Positions 56,918 to 64,000 of a stretch of 64,000 nt of DNA are shown piece after piece. Location of the stretch: contig BAAIJX010000025.1 of the NCBI GenBank assembly GCA_054600435.1, positions 124,001 through 188,000 on the forward strand. The letters are read 5' to 3'. The stretch comes from Neophaeotheca triangularis (Eukaryota). Position 1 is the stretch's first letter; every line of letters begins with the position of its first letter. The notes below the pieces were generated by a model. That model was not told the origin of the DNA and made no database searches. It saw nothing but the letters and a program-made list of their open reading frames with translations. The position numbers and the translations under genes were made by a program.

Positions 56918-57950
56918 TCAAGTGGGGAGGTTAGGAGACCGGCCGCTGCTGATGACGCCCACTGAGTTAGCATAGCAACAGCCTATGCCCGCCTACAATG
57001 ACTTTCAACATGTCAGCACTGAGTATGAAAGAGCTAAACTTGCCCAATGTCCATAACATCATCAATGTGATTGCACATAGCCACGAACAAGTCGAAAAAC
57101 ATCTGCGTGTCGCCTTTCTCCTGCAAGATTCTGTTAGCACACATCCTCCAGTTTGCGTGGGCACCGCGACGGGGAAGCTTCTTACCATCTCCATCTGCAT
57201 TGTACCGCTGCGCTTGAAGGTCTTGCGAGAGCGAATGATCAATGCAAGGTAATGTGCACGCAGGCGTGAGTCATTGGGTGGCGTGTTTGCATATGCAAAG
57301 CGTGCGCTACGCAGAATAGTAGCGACATCAATGCCGGTCTGCAAACCCTGCTTGCGAAGAGCGAGGCGCTGCAGCTCTGGCAGGCCAAAACTAAGCGCGG
57401 AGCAGTAAACGACGGTGTCACGAAGGACAAAGTCGCCGACGCCATGGTGGTAGATGGTTGCCGACTCGACAAGCGCGGCCTTGTCAGATTTGGCGTCCAA
57501 TTGCGGCGAGCGGGCGTGCATTGCCAGGTTCCCACCGTCCTCGAGCATCCAGTTGTTGCGCTTCTTGTCGTGCAACAGGCGTGGGCAGTAGTCGCCTTTG
57601 TAGAGGTACTCGAGGATGGCAGAAAAGACTTCTGGCTCCTCTTCGGGTAGGTTGATGCGGCGCTGCCCAGGGGATGCGAAGAACTGGGCCCTGCAAGCAT
57701 CGGCGAACCAAGGCGAGCGTGACAGTACATCCTCGTGAGCTGCGAACAAGCGCTGGTCCTTGCCCACAGCAATCGTGACGATTGCCGAGTTCAACTTGGG
57801 AGATGCACCCCCGATGGAGGGTGAAGTATCCGGACTGACGTTGTTCAGCACCTCTCTCATCCTCTGTTTGGCATCGTCGCGGAAGGAGCGCTTGGAAACC
57901 TTCCTCGCCTTGCTCACTTTCTCCTTGGAGGCAAACGAGCGTTTGAACAT
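56918..57950 (-). CDS. BTB/POZ domain protein
   Basis: IVTIAVGKDQRLFAAHEDVLSRSPWF...LPEEEPEVFSAILEYLYKGDY. A GT-AG intron follows MQMEM, then a GC-AG intron from 57043 gives ...DIGSGRSPNLPT*. Confidence 0.85.
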
Positions 57951-58815
57951 GATGGCGAGTCTGTCTGCACGCCGAGGCTTCGGAGCTCTGGACCGAACAA
58001 TGGACGTTGATAATGAGCGTTTGGGTGGAACAAGAGGGTATGGGGGGTTGGAGAGGGGGATGGGGAGGGATTAAGAGATCGACGCGCTATGCATGGGAAG
58101 CCCGAAGGCTTGGTCGCAAGTCTCTTCACACTTCCTCAGGAAATGTAAAAGAGTCCTTGCGATGTTGGCTGCAGCGGTGACGAGAAGAGAGGAAGGGGGA
58201 GTCGAGCGGGCAGTAAGCGCGTTACTTATAGATATCAGCGCGCTCAGCCACAGCAGGCGGACAGGGCCTCGCGTACTCACGTGATGCTGTTTGAGTCACA
58301 TGCTGCATCTCCATTTGGTACCTGGATGCAATTGATCGATCTCAGTACGGCGTTAGGCGAAGACAACCCGGCCATGCAGCAAGACCTACTGTATCTATCC
58401 AAGACAGTTTGGGTGTTAGTGCCTTAGGTATCTGCTCAATGTATGTCAATGCCTTGGCATTCACATCTGAGCGTGGCGTGCAAGGCCAGTGCTCCAGTGG
58501 CTTCCGGCTCGTGCTTGCCGGTGGGGCATGACCTAATCGATAAGGTACAGTAGGTAGGAGTGGAGGTAAGGTTGTGACATAAGTGTGCCTTCGAACCTGG
58601 AGGCAATCCTTCCGAGCCTTGCGAAACATCCTCCAACGTCTGTCTATCAACATTCACTACAATAGTGACTTGTGTCCATCTTACTGCCTTGATTTAGGAG
58701 CAGCGCGACCTATCCTGCATTCGTTCCGATTTCTTTCAAGACCGCTTCTCTACATTTCAAAGACTACCTACCTGACTCTAGGAATTGCCCCACTGTCCCA
58801 ACACACGGAGCAACC

Positions 58816-59383
58816 ATGGCCGGCAACAAGAGAATTATGAAGGTGAGTGCGGAAGGCATACTAGACAACCAGCCCAGTGCTAATGTCATTCAGGAGTTTC
58901 AAGACATCCAGAGCAACCCTCCGCCTGGCTGCACCATCAAACTCCCCAACGAAGAAGATCTGAACGTCTGGGATGTCTACATGACTGGACCCGAGGACTC
59001 CCCATATGCCGTGAGTCTACCCGAATCCCAATTCCCCCAACGCATGCGCTGACGGCCGCGAATAGGGCGGCAACTTCCTAATCCAGATCACCCTCCCCAA
59101 AGAGTACCCTTTCAAGCCGCCGGTTCTCGGTTTCCGTACCAAGATCTACCACCCCAACGTCACCAACGACGACAGAGGCGCCATGTGCTTGGGTATGCTG
59201 AGGTCTGATGAGTGGAAGCCCCCGAACAAGATCAACGAGGTGCTTAGGTTGGTGAGGACAGTCATGGCGGCGCCTCAACCAGACGATGCGGTCGAGAGTG
59301 GTCCGGCGGAAAAGTTCAAGAACGATCGCGCGGGGTACGACAAGGAGGCGGCCGAGTGGACCAAGAGATACGCCATGAAATAA
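58816..59383 (+). CDS. Ubiquitin-conjugating enzyme E2
   Basis: Introns 58843-58893 and 59011-59065. GPEDSPYAGG, YPFKPP, TKIYHPNV, catalytic Cys in GAMCLG, EWKP. Confidence 0.95.
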
Positions 59384-60421
59384 GGGCTCTCTCAGAGATG
59401 GCTGCAGATGAACAGAGGATCGCTGACAACGAGGCGACGACTTGTTAGTACGCGAGATACGAGACACTACGACAGCACGATTTACCGGCCGTACGGTGAG
59501 GCGTTTCTGTAATTCGGTGGACAGAGGGAAGCTGAATTCGATGCACAGCGCCTGGCGTTGCCGGCTGAGTACAAAGTCGATACATCTGGTATGCTGGTAT
59601 ACGGATGCCAGCTCACACTTTACCGTGGCTGCGGGTAAAGCCTATGGTATTGGTTCGTTTTAGGACCTCTATCAGGTCAGTACGTACATCGTAGTGCGTC
59701 CATCTCTCATATTGTCACAAGAGGTCTTCGAAAGGCTTTACATGCGGTCGCTTTGCTGGGTTGGAGCAACGAAGAAGCCCCTGATGGTCACACATTGCCC
59801 ACGGTAAGACATGCCGGTAGTGTGTAGACAACATGGAACAGACGTAGAAGTTTCTTGGAAAGGGAGGCAAATGAAATGCCGAAAATGGTTTATTACATAC
59901 CGCCTAGTAGCTTGAATTAAGTAGCGGACGAGTCCACGCGAGTCCACGCGGGCGGTCTCGGGGCGGCTTCCTAGACAAGCTCTCGACGTAATTAGCAAGG
60001 TGCAGACTGCGGCATAGGTACCTTAAGCTTCAAATGAAGCCATGCTGCTGTGCTACCAATGCTGTCCCATTTCGATTTAATACCTGTCGCCAATTCCATC
60101 TAAGCGCCCACTCAAAGCAACAATAATCCCGTCCAGAGCGTGGAGTACTGCATTGTGCCAAGGTGAGCACCAGGCATGCGGCAGGCGTTTGTGACCAGGC
60201 AAGAGTCGAGGAAAACTGGGTTTATTGAAGTTTCGACGACTGCTGCAGCAAACGCAGGCCGGACAGCGGGACGGTCACACGATGCTGCAAACGAGACCTC
60301 ATTCGAGATTGAGCCCTGCACACGAGAGACGAAGCTGACGCTTCCGGTACCAATGGCAGTCTGAGCCAAAGTACTGCACTCTCGCCCTCACTCTTTCACT
60401 ACCACCTGCACCTCCCGCGCC

Positions 60422-62743
60422 ATGCCTTCACCCTCGCCCTCGCCCTCATCTTCAAGCCTCCAAAGGCCCTACGACATGCCTACTCCAGAACCTCATCTTC
60501 CCTTGAGAAAAGCCTCTGCGCAACGTCTTCAACAAGAACGACGAGCTGGTCCACGCCCACTGTTCGCGCCCAAACAGCACCAAGTACGCGGGTTCAATCC
60601 TTCGCCTGTTCGGCCGGAACCCTACCTCGACAACGTCGCAGCCAGCACCGAACATGCTTTCGCCGGGAGGGAAGAGCAAGGCAAGAGACCATTCAAGCCG
60701 CCTTTGGGAGGGGAAGCAATACAGTTTGAAAAGACCGCCGACTCAAAACAAGCAAACGGCAACGGCCTCAGCTCCGACCACACGAAGGACCTCAGTAGGG
60801 AACCGTCTTCAGCCATGGTGCCGTCATCACCTGCGGCGCCCAATGTGCCTTCGCCACAGTCTTCGCCGGCATCGAAGAAGTTCAACAGCTTGAGGAGCTC
60901 CAAGTCGCTGGGCGGAGGCTTAAGAGGGCTGAGACAACGCTTCTCCAACCAACACCGCGATCCAGCGCAAAATAGAGTACCAACACCCGACTCGATCAAC
61001 GGTCGCCCACCTATATCAGCAGAAGAAGAGATGAGAACAAGCTTCAGATCCGGTCTGACCGCGACGAGCAATTCGAGCTATGTCCATGCGAGCAGCGCGA
61101 CGGATCGCAGCAGTCTTGTTACCGGGAATAGCTCACAGAGCGACTTTGTAAAAGTGTATCCAGTCTGGACGGAGACTGAACGACAGCCCAGTATGAGTGT
61201 TGAGGATGCCATTGGCATGTACGCAGACGGCTTTGAAAGCGCGAAACCTAGCATGGAGGCGCAATCGCTCAGATCGTTCCGCTCAAACACCGAACCAAGG
61301 CCGTCTTCGCAGCCCTCGAGGTACGACAACGATAAACCCAAGATGCTCCATCGACGAAGCCAAAGCGCCGGCCTTTTGGATCGATTCGCGAAGTCGGCCA
61401 ACGGCGAGCTGATGCCGCCTCCATCGCACACCAATAGGCGAACGTCTTCCCAGATTATGGCCGGTAGTATCCTGCGACACAGCCAAGACACCCGAGACAC
61501 TGGAAGCCCAGATGTGCCAAAACCCGATCCACAACCCGCTGCTGTACCGCGAGATATTTACGGTTTCAAAAAGATATCACATCACGTCACGCTCGAAAAA
61601 TACGAGGCCTGGGAGCGAGGATACAGCGAACACGTTGAACGCCGACGGAAAAAGTGGCACGTCTTGATGAGATCGTATGGCCTGGCCACCGAGAACCCTC
61701 TCCGCTATCCCCCAAAAAGCGACAAGATCAAGCGCTATGTGCGCAAGGGAATCCCACCAGAGTGGCGGGGCAATGCTTGGTTCTGGTATGCCGGTGGTCC
61801 TGGCGTGCTTGCGAAAGAAGCTGGGTTGTATCAGAAACTTCTGGATCGTGTGAGCGAAGGAGAACTTACTATGAACGATCGAGAGCACATTGAACGTGAC
61901 CTACACCGCACTTTCCCCGACAATATTCGCTTCAAGCCGGACCCAGCAGTAACGCCGCAGACACCTGGAATGCCCGTCAACGGAACGTCGGCGAAGTCCA
62001 AGGAGGTCGAGACGCCTATGCTAAGTGCTTTACGTCGGGTGTTGCAAGCTTTTGCAATACATAATCCGGCGATCGGCTACTGCCAATCTTTGAACTTCAT
62101 TGCCGGCCTCCTGCTGCTGTTCCTCGATCAAGATGAGGAAAAGGCGTTCATACTGCTGAAAATTGTCACATCCACCCACCTACCAGGAACGCACGGCGTC
62201 GACCTGGCTGGCGCGAATGTGGACATAGCTGTCTTGATGACCTGCATTCAGGATACGATGCCTGTCGTCTGGGCAAAGCTTGACGACAAGGGAGGCGGCC
62301 CGGCACCTTTCATCCCAGGGTCCCAAGCCACGAATCTCCCAACAATCAGCCTCGCTACTACAGCATGGTTCATGTCTCTCTTCGTTGGCACTTTGCCTAT
62401 GGAGTCTGTTGTACGAGTTTGGGACTGCCTTTTCTTCGAAGGCAGCAAGACGCTCTTCCGCGTCGCGCTCGCTATTTTCAAACTCGGAGAGAAACAGATA
62501 CTGAGCGTGAGCGACCCGATGGAAGTTTTTCAACTGGTGCAGACTATGCCAAAGAGCATACTCGACATCAACCCTTTGATGGAATTGTGCTTCCGCAGAC
62601 GGGGAGGGTTTGCGCACGTGAGTCAGGAGCTCATTGAGAGGAGGAGGCGGGAACGAAAGGCGGACGCTGAACAGGCCGTTGCGTCTTTTGATGGGAGGGC
62701 TAGCAGGTGGAAGGCGAGGCTCAGGGGCAGGACGAGGATTTGA
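60422..62743 (+). CDS. TBC-domain Rab GTPase-activating protein (Msb3/Gyp3-like)
   Basis: RDIYGFKK, RKGIPPEWRGNAW, IERDLHRTFP (Arg finger), GYCQSLNFIAG (Gln finger), RVWDCLFFEG. Confidence 0.92.
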   Translation: MPSPSPSPSSSSLQRPYDMPTPEPHLPLRKASAQRLQQERRAGPRPLFAPKQHQVRGFNPSPVRPEPYLDNVAASTEHAFAGREEQGKRPFKPPLGGEAIQFEKTADSKQANGNGLSSDHTKDLSREPSSAMVPSSPAAPNVPSPQSSPASKKFNSLRSSKSLGGGLRGLRQRFSNQHRDPAQNRVPTPDSINGRPPISAEEEMRTSFRSGLTATSNSSYVHASSATDRSSLVTGNSSQSDFVKVYPVWTETERQPSMSVEDAIGMYADGFESAKPSMEAQSLRSFRSNTEPRPSSQPSRYDNDKPKMLHRRSQSAGLLDRFAKSANGELMPPPSHTNRRTSSQIMAGSILRHSQDTRDTGSPDVPKPDPQPAAVPRDIYGFKKISHHVTLEKYEAWERGYSEHVERRRKKWHVLMRSYGLATENPLRYPPKSDKIKRYVRKGIPPEWRGNAWFWYAGGPGVLAKEAGLYQKLLDRVSEGELTMNDREHIERDLHRTFPDNIRFKPDPAVTPQTPGMPVNGTSAKSKEVETPMLSALRRVLQAFAIHNPAIGYCQSLNFIAGLLLLFLDQDEEKAFILLKIVTSTHLPGTHGVDLAGANVDIAVLMTCIQDTMPVVWAKLDDKGGGPAPFIPGSQATNLPTISLATTAWFMSLFVGTLPMESVVRVWDCLFFEGSKTLFRVALAIFKLGEKQILSVSDPMEVFQLVQTMPKSILDINPLMELCFRRRGGFAHVSQELIERRRRERKADAEQAVASFDGRASRWKARLRGRTRI

Positions 62744-63023
62744 AGCGGAGAGCATCAGGAATATCCAAAAACTTTACGTCAAACCGTCCTCACATAGCGA
62801 ACCTTGGATGCAATACAGAATCAATTATACTACAATAGAATATCTTTGCAAACGCCCACGTTGAGCGCGTTCGAAGCATGTGACAGTTCAAAGAGAGCAT
62901 GTGAAAGTCACCAAGGGTAAGGTATGCTTGGCGCTCCAGATCGTCGCACCCAACGTCATCCCAATGTCTGCTTCCACTTCTGCTTCCAAACAAACAGTAT
63001 GCCCGCCGGGCAACAACGGCACC

Positions 63024-64000
63024 ATGGCCCCGAAATACGAAAGTGAAGAGACAGAAGATAGACAGAAACCCCTGGTCATCCGAGCAAAGGTATGAAAACC
63101 CCACCACAAGACATTCACAACCAAACCACACTAACCAAACCCCTCAACCCAGGACACCGTCCTCCTGCCTGCCCGCCTCGCAGTCTCCAAACCCGCCCGC
63201 CGAGCCTATCTAACCACTTTCTTAATTCTCACAACCTCCACCATCCTTTTCGCCCTCGCAGTCGTCGCTTACACCCTCTTCTACTGGTCCTACATCCCTT
63301 ATATCGGGTTTGAACGCCCCATCCACTTGCAATACGACGACGTTTACACCGTCGATGCCTCGCGGACAGCGCATCCCTTTCCGTACGGCATAGCGGACAT
63401 TGGTACGGACATCATAAGCGCGCAGGAGTACGACGTCGGTATCGAGTTGCGACTGCCGCGGACGCCGGGGAACCGCGATGCGGGGAACTTCATGTTGGAA
63501 GCCACGCTGTATGCGCCTCACGAGAAGGGTAAAGGAGTTTTGGAGATTGTGAAAGACGGGCTTGCCCACGGGGAGCGGGAGCCTTCGACGAAAATGCTAG
63601 GGCGCTCGAGGAGGTCGGCGATGTTGACTTATCGGGCTGAGGTGACGGAGTATGTGTACCGATTCACGGAGCTACATTGGTATCTGTTAGGCTGGAGACA
63701 TGAGGCGGAAGTGCTGGATGTCAAGATGTTTGAGTCTGTGGAGTTTGCCAAAGGTTGGCGGAATGTTCCCGCCACTTTGATGGTGGAGGTGCAGAGTCAG
63801 CAGCGTCTGCAACTGTATGGGGCCAAGGCGGTCTTCAGAGCGAGGCTGAAGGGGTTGAGGTGGTTGATGTATAATTATCGGATCACGAGTTTCTTTGTGT
63901 TCGTGGGGGGCTTTTGGGCGACGGAGATGCTGTTCGCGGGACTGGCCTGGGGGGTGATTGCTCTCGTATTCACGACGTCGGAGCAGGAAGTCAAGGCGGA
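63024..64000 (+). CDS. Seipin (lipid-droplet biogenesis protein), 3' truncated by the window
   Basis: Intron 63090-63152. TM1 ending AYTLFYWSYIP, IHLQY, QEYDVGIELRLPRTPGNRDAGNFML, FRARLKGLRWLMYNYRITSF, then TM2. Confidence 0.9.

Noticed and set aside
59929..59950. Direct repeat GAGTCCACGC x2
   Set aside because: Short tandem duplication with no spacer array or element context.
1..64000. CRISPR array, secondary-metabolite cluster, intact transposon or Starship captain, cryptic PTS1 by stop read-through
   Set aside because: No repeat-spacer array and no PKS/NRPS, transposase, reverse transcriptase or tyrosine recombinase motifs were seen. The stop contexts I read gave no TGA-CTA followed by an SKL-like ending.

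Overview
Eukaryotic, intron-containing, gene-dense fungal DNA. GT-AG introns with CTRAC branch points and Pezizomycotina-type proteins point to a filamentous ascomycete; a Dothideomycete affinity is my impression, not proven. About 30 protein-coding loci can be built by hand, mostly housekeeping: TVP18 (3' end), NTF2, ARP8, inositol monophosphatase, a homeobox TF, THO1/HPR1, CSM3, ARPC5, a PIG-Y-domain protein, a ZRG17-like CDF transporter, an HSM3-like protein, guanine deaminase, two BTB proteins, a CE8 pectin methylesterase, DUF3292, a family III CoA-transferase, RIB5, BRF1, an ABC1/UbiB kinase, an E2, a TBC Rab-GAP and seipin (5' part). No rRNA, convincing tRNA, CRISPR array or intact transposon was seen. 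The most interesting signals are RNA-level or splicing-level: (i) a multi-stem, possibly pseudoknotted element in ARP8 intron 2 that encloses a cryptic exon readable as a poison exon or an alternative first exon; (ii) a mitochondrial protein whose last intron encodes a transmembrane anchor if retained; (iii) stop-free 3n introns in the homeodomain recognition helix and next to a TM helix; (iv) an intronless secreted C69/secernin-like Ntn hydrolase with Ser in place of the usual N-terminal Cys; (v) a hexamer satellite with fold-back symmetry and RIP-like mutation; (vi) an 85-aa three-exon hydrophilin that the ORF track misses. All family assignments come from motif recall, not database searches.
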